DNA of 64,000 nucleotides, from the NCBI GenBank assembly GCA_965207265.1, contig OZ242279.1, forward strand, positions 1,797,093 to 1,861,092. Reading direction: 5' to 3'. The translations under genes were made by a program, and so were the position numbers. This document shows positions 46,280-55,336 of this stretch, in pieces. Position 1 is the first letter of the stretch; each line of letters starts with the position of its first letter. The notes below the pieces were generated by a model. That model worked only from the letters and a program-made list of their open reading frames with translations, searched no databases and was not told where the DNA came from. The DNA is from Vicinamibacterales bacterium. GTDB taxonomy: Bacteria; Acidobacteriota; Vicinamibacteria; Vicinamibacterales; UBA8438.

Positions 46280-47116
46280 CTAACCCTTTGACGTCGATTC
46301 CTTGGACACGTCCCAACGCTTCGGGTCGTGGTGCGCAAGATATTGGTCGCGGTCGACCGAACCGAAGAGCATCGACTTCGTCAGCCAGAACTTGTCCGGC
46401 CGAATCGCGAAGTAGATGTGGGTCAGCGTCAACATGACGAAAAGCACCGCGCCGAGGCCGTGGAGCGCGTACATCAGCCCCCATGTGGCCTCGGACAGCA
46501 GATACGCGTTCCGCGGCACGAGCAGGTTCTCGATCCGGAACATCATGACGAGTCCCGTCCCGATCACCGCCAACCCCGCCAGCATGACCGCGGTGTGGTA
46601 CAGCTTGTGGTCCAGCGGATACTTCCCGTGCTTGTGGATCTCGCCGGCTTCCTGCCCCATCTGCCGCTTGACGCGCTGCACCGCCTCGTCCATGTCGTCC
46701 GGGAGAATCCAGATCGACCAGAAATCGAGGTAGAAGGTCGCGTGCACGATGTGGTACAGAATCGAGATCGTCAGCACCACACCGGCTATCCAGTGAATGG
46801 TGACCCACGCGAACTGGATGCCGATGATCGGGAAGAACCCGGTCACCAGCAGCACCAGCATCGCCGCGGCCATCACCCAGTGGAATATCCGGGCCCACAA
46901 CGTGTGGCGCTCTATTGTCTCCGGGACGTCAGCCGCCGCCGCTCCTTCCTGACCACCGTTCGCTCGCGCGAGCTTCGGCAACCAGACCGCCGCGTACACG
47001 ACGTGGAAGACGATGAAAGCGATGCCGGCCCAGAAGAACAGATAGAGAAGATCCCAGGAGACCCTGATCAGGGTCTCCTGCCCCCAAGGATTGGTTCCCC
47101 ACTGAAACAGTTCCAT
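46280..47116 (-). CDS. b-type cytochrome membrane subunit (FdnI / Ni-Fe hydrogenase cytochrome b-like)
   Basis: 278 aa with several TM helices and conserved-looking His residues (RIFHWVMAA, TIHWIAG, YHIVHATF, LTHIYFAI). Start abuts the stop of the FAD-subunit gene. Confidence 0.75.
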   Translation of the reverse strand: MELFQWGTNPWGQETLIRVSWDLLYLFFWAGIAFIVFHVVYAAVWLPKLARANGGQEGAAAADVPETIERHTLWARIFHWVMAAAMLVLLVTGFFPIIGIQFAWVTIHWIAGVVLTISILYHIVHATFYLDFWSIWILPDDMDEAVQRVKRQMGQEAGEIHKHGKYPLDHKLYHTAVMLAGLAVIGTGLVMMFRIENLLVPRNAYLLSEATWGLMYALHGLGAVLFVMLTLTHIYFAIRPDKFWLTKSMLFGSVDRDQYLAHHDPKRWDVSKESTSKG

Positions 47117-48118
47117 CTACGCCTCGGCACCTTCAACGGACCGCTTCACGAGGTTGCGCAGCAACGTCACCTTGTAGGCGTTGTGCCGCAGCGGCCGCAC
47201 CCCGTTGGTGGCGATGTCGCCTGCTTCCATCGCAACCGCCGGACCCACCTGGCGCCCGCGCACCGCATCCTCGGCCGCCAGGAACCGCACCGGATAGGGC
47301 GCGACGCCGTTGGCCACGATACGGATGTCCTCAACCACGCCGTTGCTGATCTTCGCCGCCGACGCCACGTTGGCGAGCGGGAAGTCCCACACGGCCCGGT
47401 CCCTGACCTTCTCGAAGTAGAACCGCGTGTTCGCGAACGTCCAGGGAATCCGAATCGACGTGAGGATGTCGCCCGGCTGCAGCGCCGTCATGCGCATGAT
47501 GTCGACGGCCGGTCCGATGAAGAAGTCCTGCGCCGGAATGACGCGCTCGCCGGTGCTGTTCCGCACGACCATCTCGGCGTCGAGCGCCACCAGAACGGGA
47601 GCGGTGTCCGACGGGTTGACGGCCACGCACCGGCTTGCGCCGAGAATGGCATGCTCGCGGTTCATCGCGGTGGGGGTGTCCGCGTAGCAGATGTTGCCCC
47701 CGGCGCGATAACAGCTCCAGCCGTCCCGGTAGTACCAGCAGCGGGTGTCCTGGCCGACGTTGCCGCCGAGGGTACCCTGGTTCTGAATCTGCGGCGACGC
47801 GGCCTGCGAGGCGGCGTCGGCGAGCATGCTGAACTGCTCCGCCACCTCGGGGTGGCGGATGACATCCCGCAGCGTCGCCATCGCGCCGATCTCGAGCCCG
47901 CCGCCCAGGGAGCGGATCTCACTCAGCTCCGAAACCCCGCCGAGGTCGACGACCGCGGCGGGCTTCTTGACGCGGTCCTTCAGCCAGTCCCAGGTATCCA
48001 GCCCACCCGCGAGCACCCAGGCATCGGCGCCGTACTGATCGAGCACTCCCAGCGCCTCCTCCGTGCTGGCAGGCTGGAAGAGCTGAAATGCCGGCATCTT
48101 GTCGCGAATCACGGCCAT
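47117..48118 (-). CDS. xanthine dehydrogenase family FAD-binding subunit (CoxM/XdhB-like)
   Basis: 333 aa. ..WVLAGGLDTWDWLK.. and the overall layout of molybdopterin dehydrogenase FAD-binding subunits. Confidence 0.85.
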   Translation of the reverse strand: MAVIRDKMPAFQLFQPASTEEALGVLDQYGADAWVLAGGLDTWDWLKDRVKKPAAVVDLGGVSELSEIRSLGGGLEIGAMATLRDVIRHPEVAEQFSMLADAASQAASPQIQNQGTLGGNVGQDTRCWYYRDGWSCYRAGGNICYADTPTAMNREHAILGASRCVAVNPSDTAPVLVALDAEMVVRNSTGERVIPAQDFFIGPAVDIMRMTALQPGDILTSIRIPWTFANTRFYFEKVRDRAVWDFPLANVASAAKISNGVVEDIRIVANGVAPYPVRFLAAEDAVRGRQVGPAVAMEAGDIATNGVRPLRHNAYKVTLLRNLVKRSVEGAEA

Positions 48119-48152
48119 TGTTTCTTCTCCCTTATACCTTCCCAGTGTGGCG

Positions 48153-50579
48153 CTAGACGTGCGTCGACAGCTTGTTGTGAGCCTCGTCGAGCTCGGGATT
48201 GAGCATCGTCAGAATCATGTCGCCCATGATTGGCGAGCGGTTGAAGTCGACGTTGCCGCCCAGCGCGTCGGAGATGGCGTTGAGCACGGCACCCGCGCCC
48301 GCCCCGACCGGCGCCTCGCCGATGCCCTTGGCACCGAGCGGGTTGAAGGGATCCGGCTCGTCCGCGACGCTCCAGGCCATCTCCTGGTCGTGCGGCGCGT
48401 CGAGAATCGTCGGCGGCCGGTTCGAGTAGAACCGCTTCGCCACGTGCAGCCCCCACTGCGGGTCCATGACCCACTTCTGGCCGAGCGCCACACCGAAGCC
48501 CTGGATCCCGCCGCCGTGCACCTGACCCGCGAAGTTCTGCGGGTGCAGAACCGTCCCGGCGTCGGAGGCCACCTTGTAGTCCTTCAACACCACCGCCCCG
48601 GTCTCGGTGTCCACCTCAACCTCGGCGAAGCCGATGCAGAACGACATGTTCCGGCCACCGGTCTCGAAGTTGTCCTTGGCGGCGACCACGAGACCCCGAC
48701 CGGCGAGCGCCGTGGCCGACCGCGTCGTCATCTCGTTGATGTCCTCGGGCAACTGCGACCCGTCGTAGACGCCGCCGAGCTGGATTGCGCGCTCGGCCGC
48801 CTGACCGAACGTCATCGCCTGCCCGCGGTTGCCGCGACGGAAGACCCGGCCCTCCCCGACGTCGAAGCTGTCCGGCGAGCCGCCGAACCGATCCGCCGCG
48901 ATCTCCTGAAGCCGCTTCTTGGCCTCGAGGCCGGCCGCCCAGTTCGAGCGGGTGTGGCCGTGGGTCGTCTGGCTGCCGCCCTGGATTGCGCTCCACGGCA
49001 GATGCTTGCTGGTGTCGCCCCAGACCACCTCAGCCTGTTCCCACGGCGTGTCGAGCGCTTCCATCGCCGCGCGCGATGTGTCGGAGAACGACTCGGTGCC
49101 GAGGTTGCCGACGCCGGTGTGAATCTCGACCATGCCGTCCGGCCGAATCACCAGGAGGCCGTCGACGCCCGACGTTCCGGCGGAGTAGGAGCTGATCGCA
49201 ACGCCGACCCCGGTCACCTTGGTGCCGTTGCGCTGGCCGCTGCGCGCCTTCATGCCTTCCCAGTCGAACTCCTCGCGCGCCTTGTCGATGGCTTCCTTCG
49301 GGAAGGCGCTCGAGACGTTGCCCTGCCGCCCCTGCCGCGGGCGGCCGAATATCGCCTGCCCCTGCGGCGCGTTGGTGTGGATGATGTCGAGCCGGTCGAG
49401 GTCGAGCTGCCGCGCGGCCTTGTCGACGATCGGCGCGAACATCGCAACCGCCTGGACGCCGCCCGGCGCGCGCTGCGCCCCGCGCGGAGGCGTGTTGGTG
49501 TAGACGGTCATGCCGCGCACGCGCATGTGCTCCGGCTGATACATCAGCGAAGCCTGGTCGGCGCACGACATGTAGTCGCCCGACCGCCCGTACGGTCCGC
49601 CGTCCTGGACCATCGTCAGGTCGATGGCGACAACCCGCCCGTCGCTCCTGAACCCGAACTTGGCGCGGGCCTGAATGCCCGGCCGGGCGCGACCGAAGAA
49701 GTTCTCTTCCTGCCGGGTCACGCGCATCATGACCGGCCTGCCCGCCTTGCGCGAGAGCAGCGCCGGAATCCGCGCCTGGACGGAGGACGAGATCTTGCTG
49801 CCGAACCCGCCGCCGCAGTACTCGGTGATGAGCACGAGGTCGGTCGGGTCGATCCCGATCCACCGCGCCATGCCGGCCTCGGTGCGGGCGGTGCTCTGCG
49901 TCGAGCAGTGCATGTAGCACTTGCCGTTCTGCCAGTAGGCCATCGCGGTCCGCGTCTCGAGCGGCTGGTGCGACAGCGACGCGGAGAACACCGACTCGTC
50001 GAGAATCAGATCGGCCTCGGCGAACCCGGCGTCGACATCGCCGACCTGCCACTCGTCGGTCACCTCGCCGCCCAGCGGCATGACGCCGCGGTCGAACTCG
50101 TTCCAGTCGACATCGCCCCACTTGATCGTCGACAGGTCGCGGCCGGCCATCGTGTTGCCGTCGAGCCGCGCGTTGGGACCGCCCGGACGCAGACTGTCCA
50201 TCGGGTCGAGCACGAAGGGCAGCGGCTCGAAGTCGATCTGCACCGCCTCGACCGCTTCCGCCGCGGTCTCTTCGTCGACCGCCGCGATGGCGAGAATCGG
50301 CTCGCCCTCGTACAAGGGCTCGTTGGTCAGACCCGCTTCCTGCGGCGCCTCCGCCTCGGGCAGATCGTCCGCGGTCAGAATCGCTTCCACCCCGGGCATC
50401 GCCATCGCCGCGCTGGTGTCCAGGCGTCGAACGCGCGCGTGCGGCATCGGGCTGACGAGCAGCTTCGTGAAGAGCATGCCCTCCGCGCGAAAGTCCTCGG
50501 CGTACTTCGCACGCCCCGTGACCTTGGCGAGAATGTCGGGCGTCGTGTAGTTCTTGCCGATCAGCTTGTAGTCAGCCAT
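48153..50579 (-). CDS. xanthine dehydrogenase / aldehyde oxidase family molybdopterin-binding large subunit
   Basis: 808 aa. N-terminal KVTGRAKYAEDF.. and the size and composition typical of CoxL/PaoC-type subunits. Confidence 0.88.
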   Translation of the reverse strand: MADYKLIGKNYTTPDILAKVTGRAKYAEDFRAEGMLFTKLLVSPMPHARVRRLDTSAAMAMPGVEAILTADDLPEAEAPQEAGLTNEPLYEGEPILAIAAVDEETAAEAVEAVQIDFEPLPFVLDPMDSLRPGGPNARLDGNTMAGRDLSTIKWGDVDWNEFDRGVMPLGGEVTDEWQVGDVDAGFAEADLILDESVFSASLSHQPLETRTAMAYWQNGKCYMHCSTQSTARTEAGMARWIGIDPTDLVLITEYCGGGFGSKISSSVQARIPALLSRKAGRPVMMRVTRQEENFFGRARPGIQARAKFGFRSDGRVVAIDLTMVQDGGPYGRSGDYMSCADQASLMYQPEHMRVRGMTVYTNTPPRGAQRAPGGVQAVAMFAPIVDKAARQLDLDRLDIIHTNAPQGQAIFGRPRQGRQGNVSSAFPKEAIDKAREEFDWEGMKARSGQRNGTKVTGVGVAISSYSAGTSGVDGLLVIRPDGMVEIHTGVGNLGTESFSDTSRAAMEALDTPWEQAEVVWGDTSKHLPWSAIQGGSQTTHGHTRSNWAAGLEAKKRLQEIAADRFGGSPDSFDVGEGRVFRRGNRGQAMTFGQAAERAIQLGGVYDGSQLPEDINEMTTRSATALAGRGLVVAAKDNFETGGRNMSFCIGFAEVEVDTETGAVVLKDYKVASDAGTVLHPQNFAGQVHGGGIQGFGVALGQKWVMDPQWGLHVAKRFYSNRPPTILDAPHDQEMAWSVADEPDPFNPLGAKGIGEAPVGAGAGAVLNAISDALGGNVDFNRSPIMGDMILTMLNPELDEAHNKLSTHV

Positions 50580-50581
50580 CG

Positions 50582-51232
50582 TCAGCTCCTCATCCCGTTA
50601 CGCGTATACTCGCACGCCTTCTCGGCGACGTTGAGGATCTTGTTGTAGTCGATGCACCGGCAGATGTTGCCGGCAAGATGGTGCGCGCACTCGCCCCGAG
50701 TCGCGTCGGGGTTCTCTTCGGTCAGCGCGACCATGTTCATGACGAAGCCCGGCATGCAGAAGGCGCACTGGAAGCCCTGCAGGTCGACGACCGCCTGCTG
50801 CACCGGATGCAGCGTCCCGTCGGCGCCCTCGAGCCCCTCGATGGTCTGCACTTCGCGGCCGCGCACCTGATGGGTCAGGGTCGAGCAGGAGTAATGCGGC
50901 ACGCCGTCCACGAGGACGGTGCAGGCGCCGCACTCGGCGCGGTCGCAGCCGATCTTGGTGCCGGTCAGACCCAGCTTGTACCGCAACGTCATGGCCAGGG
51001 TCTCCTGCGGCATGACGTCGACGCGGCGCTGCTGCCCGTTGACGTTCAACGTCACCAGCCGCTCGACCGCGCCCGGTGCCTGTGCCAGGGCCACGCCCTG
51101 ACCGTTCCGCAGAACGTAGTTCGACGCCGATACGCTGGCGCCGGTGGCGATCACTCCCTTGATGAAGCCCCGCCGTGAAACGCCCTGCTGCTCTGTAGTT
51201 GTCTGCACTTGCGTGTGCGCCACGTCTCCCAT
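50582..51232 (-). CDS. (2Fe-2S)-binding small subunit with twin-arginine signal
   Basis: SRRGFIKGVIATGASV (Tat). GCDRAECGACTV, QCAFCMPG and NICRCIDY are the two [2Fe-2S] motifs of CoxS/PaoA-type subunits. Confidence 0.9.
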   Translation of the reverse strand: MGDVAHTQVQTTTEQQGVSRRGFIKGVIATGASVSASNYVLRNGQGVALAQAPGAVERLVTLNVNGQQRRVDVMPQETLAMTLRYKLGLTGTKIGCDRAECGACTVLVDGVPHYSCSTLTHQVRGREVQTIEGLEGADGTLHPVQQAVVDLQGFQCAFCMPGFVMNMVALTEENPDATRGECAHHLAGNICRCIDYNKILNVAEKACEYTRNGMRS

Positions 51233-51521
51233 GAGACGACCTCCTCGTAGCGCGACCCTGCGCGCCGGGAACCAGAGGGAAGAAATACCTCTCCCGAAGT
51301 GCGAAGTCTAGCACCGGACTTCGCAGATGCCAACCCCGAAACGCGACTTTACTGACACCCGCCTCGACGCACCCACAAGATCCATAGACCCAGCGGTTTA
51401 CATGGAACATGCCGGTCGCTGGAAATGAGATTCCGTCTCACTTGCGGGGGAAATCCGGCATCGTGGATCGCGGGATCCGGGGCCGCCGCCGTCCAAGGTG
51501 CACGAGCCGCGCCCCGCGGCG

Positions 51522-52916
51522 TCAATCTTCGGCCCGGATCATGCCATGCGCCCGGCCGAACCAGTAGCTGACCAGGTAGTCGAGGCCGTTCGTCTCGAAC
51601 GGCGCCACTGCGAGGCGGTCGCCTCCGACGCGGTAGGGATTGTGGACGAGGAAGCTCCATGTCCGGCCGCGCTGGGCGACCGGCAGCGGTCCGTCGCCCG
51701 CGAGCGGCACGACCGGGTCGGCGGTGAACGAGAATCCGAAGCGGCGCGCGTAGGTCGCGATGGTGCCGGCGTTCCACTTCATGTCGAGCGGCACGCGGCG
51801 CAGCGTGTCGAGCGCGGCGGCGTCATGCGTCCGGTCGCCGGTCCAGTGCCGGTGCAGAAACGTCGCCAGCGGATTCCCCTCGACGTCGATGCCGGGATGC
51901 GTCCGGCCGTGGAACCAGCGGTGCGCCGCCCGCTCGTAGTGCAGCCGGACCGCGGCATCGGTCTCCAGCTCCAGGAGCGGGTACAGCGCCAGCGCTATCA
52001 GGACGTCGTCGGAGTGGTTCGCCTCCCGCGGCGGACGGTCCAGACGCGCGCCCTCGCCGATGCGGGCGTACCCCATCTCCAGCAGCCGCCCGTACTCCCG
52101 GCCGAAGCGGGGCAGCCCGGTCAACTCGTGCGCCACCTTGACCATCTGCAACATCAGCAGCGCGTTCATCGGCTCCTCGCCGGCGACGTAGGCGGGCTCG
52201 TAGCGCCCCCAGCGGGTGGGCCGGCCGTCGTAGCCGATGATGCGAAGGCCGCTCCCGACGATCGCGTCGACCACCGCGGCCACCGTGTCGCCGATCCCCT
52301 CCCGCTCGCGCGCGTCGGCCAGATGCATCGCGTACACGAAGAGGCCGAACATGACCGCGTCCACCTGATCCGAGCTGACGTTGCCGCGCCAGCGGCGACG
52401 GCCGTCCGAGCTCTCCCGCCATGTGCCGTCGTCGAGCCAGGGCTCGTCGAGCGGCGCCGACGCCCGCGCCAGCAGACCGTCGCGGCCAGTCACCGCGACG
52501 AGATGCCTGAGCGCGGCGACGGCCGTCCGCGCACGCCGCGCGGCCTCCGGATCGCCGGTAGCCAGGTGGCGCCACGTCTGGGCCGCGCAGTAGAGGCCGG
52601 TCATGTACGCCGTGTCGGACATGTTGTAGGTGACATAGGGGTGCTCCGCGGTCGGCAGCCTGCGGCGCACCCGCACCTGGCCGTCCGCGGCCAGGAAGCG
52701 CTCCGCCAGGTCGACGTCGAACAGGGCCGCCTTCGCCGCGAGCGAGAGGTCGTCGGCCGCGCGCCCGGGAGCGGCGCCGATGCCGGCCAGGACCGCGGCC
52801 GCAACCGCGCCGGCCGCGGCTCTTCGCCGCAGGCTGCCGCCGTGCCGTTCCGGCCTGCAGCGGCGCCGCCGCGCGGGCCGGCGTGTCTCGCGCGCACGTG
52901 TCGGTGCCGGGATCAT
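51522..52916 (-). CDS. hypothetical exported protein
   Basis: Start set at ATG 52916, overlapping the sulfatase stop (ATGA). Arg-rich N-terminus followed by AAAVLAGIGAAPGRAAD. No catalytic motif recognised. Confidence 0.6.
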   Translation of the reverse strand: MIPAPTRARETRRPARRRRCRPERHGGSLRRRAAAGAVAAAVLAGIGAAPGRAADDLSLAAKAALFDVDLAERFLAADGQVRVRRRLPTAEHPYVTYNMSDTAYMTGLYCAAQTWRHLATGDPEAARRARTAVAALRHLVAVTGRDGLLARASAPLDEPWLDDGTWRESSDGRRRWRGNVSSDQVDAVMFGLFVYAMHLADAREREGIGDTVAAVVDAIVGSGLRIIGYDGRPTRWGRYEPAYVAGEEPMNALLMLQMVKVAHELTGLPRFGREYGRLLEMGYARIGEGARLDRPPREANHSDDVLIALALYPLLELETDAAVRLHYERAAHRWFHGRTHPGIDVEGNPLATFLHRHWTGDRTHDAAALDTLRRVPLDMKWNAGTIATYARRFGFSFTADPVVPLAGDGPLPVAQRGRTWSFLVHNPYRVGGDRLAVAPFETNGLDYLVSYWFGRAHGMIRAED

Positions 52917-54424
52917 CGCGCGCCCCGCGCGTCGAACAGCGGTTCGGCGACGGTCATGCCGGCGCGGTGCGCCTCGACCGCGGCCAACAGCTCGGCCACC
53001 ACGTCGGGACGCTCCGGCGCCAGGTCGTACTTCTCTCCCGGGTCGTCGCCCAGATGGAAGAGCAGCGGCGGCTCGTGCGTGGTACGCGCGGAACCCAGGC
53101 CGTAGCGCCCCTCGGTCACCAGATGCACCTTGTAAGGCCCCCGGCGGTAGGCGTAGAGCTCTCCCATGCGGTAGAACGCCATCCAGTCGCGCGGGCTCGA
53201 TCCCCGCCCGAGGAGCACCGGCCCAAGGTCGACTCCGTCCAGGGGCCGATCGTCCGGCACGGTCCCCCCGGCCAGCGGAACGATGGTGGTGAAGAGGTCC
53301 GTGGTGGCGCCGATGTCCCTGATCACGCCCGGCGGCACGGTCCCCGGCCACCAGAAGATGCCCGGGACGCGCATGCCGCCCTCCCACGTGGTCCCCTTGC
53401 CCTGGCGCAGCATCCCGGCGCTCCCCCCGTGCTGCCGGTAGGACAGCCACGGCCCGTTGTCGCTGGAGAAGACGACCAGCGTGCGCTCGGCGAGCCCCTC
53501 TTCCCGCAACGTGTCGAGCATGCGGCCGACGCTCCAGTCGATTTCCTCGATCACGTCGCCGTAGCGCCCCGCGCGGCTCCGGCCGGCGAACGCCTCGGAA
53601 CGGAACAGGGGAACGTGCGGCATCGTGTGGGGTACATAGAGGAAGAACGGCCGGTCACGGTGCTCCCGGATGAACCGCACCGCCTCCTCCGCGTACCGGC
53701 GCGTGATCGTGGTCTGGTCGGCCGGCCGCTCCAGCACCTCGTCGTTGCGCATGAGCGGCACGCGCCAGTAGTCGATCGACGGATCGAGAATCGCGGCGCG
53801 ACGCGCATCCCGCCCGGGCGGCACCTGCCAGTCCATATCGTTCGAGTAGGGGATCCCGAACCACGAGTCGAAACCGTGCCGCAGCGGGCGATACTCCGGC
53901 TGGTGGCCGAGGTGCCACTTTCCGACGATGCCGGTCGCGTAGCCGACCTCCTTCAACGCCTCGGCCAGCGTGATCTCGCCGGCCGGGAGACCATGGTGCG
54001 AGTCCTGGAAGAACACCCCCTGGCGCCGGCCGAACATCCCGCTCCGCAGGTGTATGCGCCCGGTCAGCAGGGCCGCCCGACTCGGGGAGCAGACCGGGGC
54101 CTGCGAGTAGAAACTGGTCCAGCGCTGGCCTTCCGCGGCCATGCGGTCGAGGTGGGGCGTCCGGATCGTCGGGTGCCCGTAGGCGCCGAGATCGCCGTAG
54201 CCGAGGTCGTCGGCGAAGATGATGACGATGTTGGGCGGTGGGCTCTGCGCGGCGAGCGGCTGGCGCGGACCGAGCGCCACGGCGGCAACCCCGGCCACTG
54301 CCGCGATCGCCGCCAGGCGCCTCGTCGCGGCCGCACCCGCACGCCGCGCCCCGGCATCCCGGATGGAGCGCCGATGCCGCCCCGCAGGTACCAGCCCCGT
54401 GTCAATGCATGGCATTCCGTTCAT
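52913..54424 (-). CDS. arylsulfatase (formylglycine-dependent)
   Basis: NIVIIFADDLGYGDLG and CSPSRAALLTGR (C-x-P-x-R FGly motif). Start set at ATG 54424 (MNGMPC..), with 54415 as an alternative. The track ORF to 54622 is an overextension. Confidence 0.88.
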   Translation of the reverse strand: MNGMPCIDTGLVPAGRHRRSIRDAGARRAGAAATRRLAAIAAVAGVAAVALGPRQPLAAQSPPPNIVIIFADDLGYGDLGAYGHPTIRTPHLDRMAAEGQRWTSFYSQAPVCSPSRAALLTGRIHLRSGMFGRRQGVFFQDSHHGLPAGEITLAEALKEVGYATGIVGKWHLGHQPEYRPLRHGFDSWFGIPYSNDMDWQVPPGRDARRAAILDPSIDYWRVPLMRNDEVLERPADQTTITRRYAEEAVRFIREHRDRPFFLYVPHTMPHVPLFRSEAFAGRSRAGRYGDVIEEIDWSVGRMLDTLREEGLAERTLVVFSSDNGPWLSYRQHGGSAGMLRQGKGTTWEGGMRVPGIFWWPGTVPPGVIRDIGATTDLFTTIVPLAGGTVPDDRPLDGVDLGPVLLGRGSSPRDWMAFYRMGELYAYRRGPYKVHLVTEGRYGLGSARTTHEPPLLFHLGDDPGEKYDLAPERPDVVAELLAAVEAHRAGMTVAEPLFDARGAR

Positions 54425-54618
54425 CCCCGATGTCAACCCGGCGCAGGCGGGCGCCGGAGCAAACCGCGGTCGGCGCCGTGACCGGCGGCCGGTCCGATTG
54501 TAGCTCCTGCACCGCGGCAGGCCGCCGGCCACCGGCCTTGTCGCGGCGGTCACAACACGCGGCGTTCCGTGCACCGCCCGGAAAACACGCGGCTGCGGCC
54601 TTTGAACTTTCTCTTCGT

Positions 54619-54630
54619 TCATACGTATGA
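54619..54630. promoter_or_regulatory. perfect 12-bp palindrome TCATACGTATGA (candidate TetR operator)
   Basis: Lies in the only AT-rich stretch of the divergent sulfatase/TetR intergenic region, 37 nt upstream of the TetR ATG. Flanked by TGAAC..GTTCA and AAACA-GT-TGTTT shorter repeats. Confidence 0.4.
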
Positions 54631-54666
54631 TTGAAACAGTTGTTTAAGAACAGGAGATCCAGCTCG

Positions 54667-55326
54667 ATGGCAATGGACACCCGGGAGCGCATCCTCGACG
54701 TCGCGGAGCGGCTGTTCGGCGAGCGCGGGTTCCCGGCGACCCCGCTGCGCGACATCACGACGGAGGCCGGGGTCAACGTCGCGTCGGTGAACTACCACTT
54801 CGGCTCGAAGGAGGCGCTGCTGGCGGAGGTGCTCGAGAGGCGTCTGAAGCCCATCAACGCGCGCCGCCTGGAGCTGCTCGACGCGGTGGAGGCGCAGGCC
54901 GGAGACGGACCTCCGGAGCTCGAAGCCGTCATCCGGGCGTTCCTGTCGCCGCCGTTCCACAGCCAGCGCACGTGGGGCGACAAGGGCCGGAGCTTTCTGC
55001 GGCTGGTGGGCCGGATTCACGGCGAGACCAACGAGGAATTCCGCGCGACCTTCGTCAAGCAGTTCGACGCGGTGTTCGAACGGTTCAGGACCGCTCTTCA
55101 CCGCGCGCGGCCGGAGCTCGATGAATCGGACCTGAGCTGGCGGATGCTGTTCATGGTCGGGTCGATGGCGTTCACGATGTCCTGGGGGCCTACGCTCCTG
55201 GCGCGGGGGCGCGGCACGGCGCGCGATCCGGAGGACGTGCTGGAATCCCTGGTGTTGTACGCCGCGGCGGGGATGGCCGCGCCGGCGCCGCTCGGCGTAC
55301 CGGCCGTGGCGACCGCCGCACGGTAA
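54667..55326 (+). CDS. TetR/AcrR family transcriptional regulator
   Basis: ATG 54667 preceded by AGGAGA. ILDVAERLFGERGFPATPLRDITTEAGVNVASVNYHFGSKEAL is a TetR HTH. The track start at 54631 is a TTG alternative. Confidence 0.88.
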   Translation: MAMDTRERILDVAERLFGERGFPATPLRDITTEAGVNVASVNYHFGSKEALLAEVLERRLKPINARRLELLDAVEAQAGDGPPELEAVIRAFLSPPFHSQRTWGDKGRSFLRLVGRIHGETNEEFRATFVKQFDAVFERFRTALHRARPELDESDLSWRMLFMVGSMAFTMSWGPTLLARGRGTARDPEDVLESLVLYAAAGMAAPAPLGVPAVATAAR

Positions 55327-55336
55327 AGGTGCTGAC

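Noticed and set aside
51233-51521. Possible Moco riboswitch or other leader RNA upstream of the molybdo-hydroxylase operon
   Set aside because: I found a 9-bp hairpin (TGCGAAGTC..GACTTCGCA on the minus strand) in the long 5' region. I cannot match it to the Moco motif from memory. A covariance-model scan would be needed, so no claim is made.
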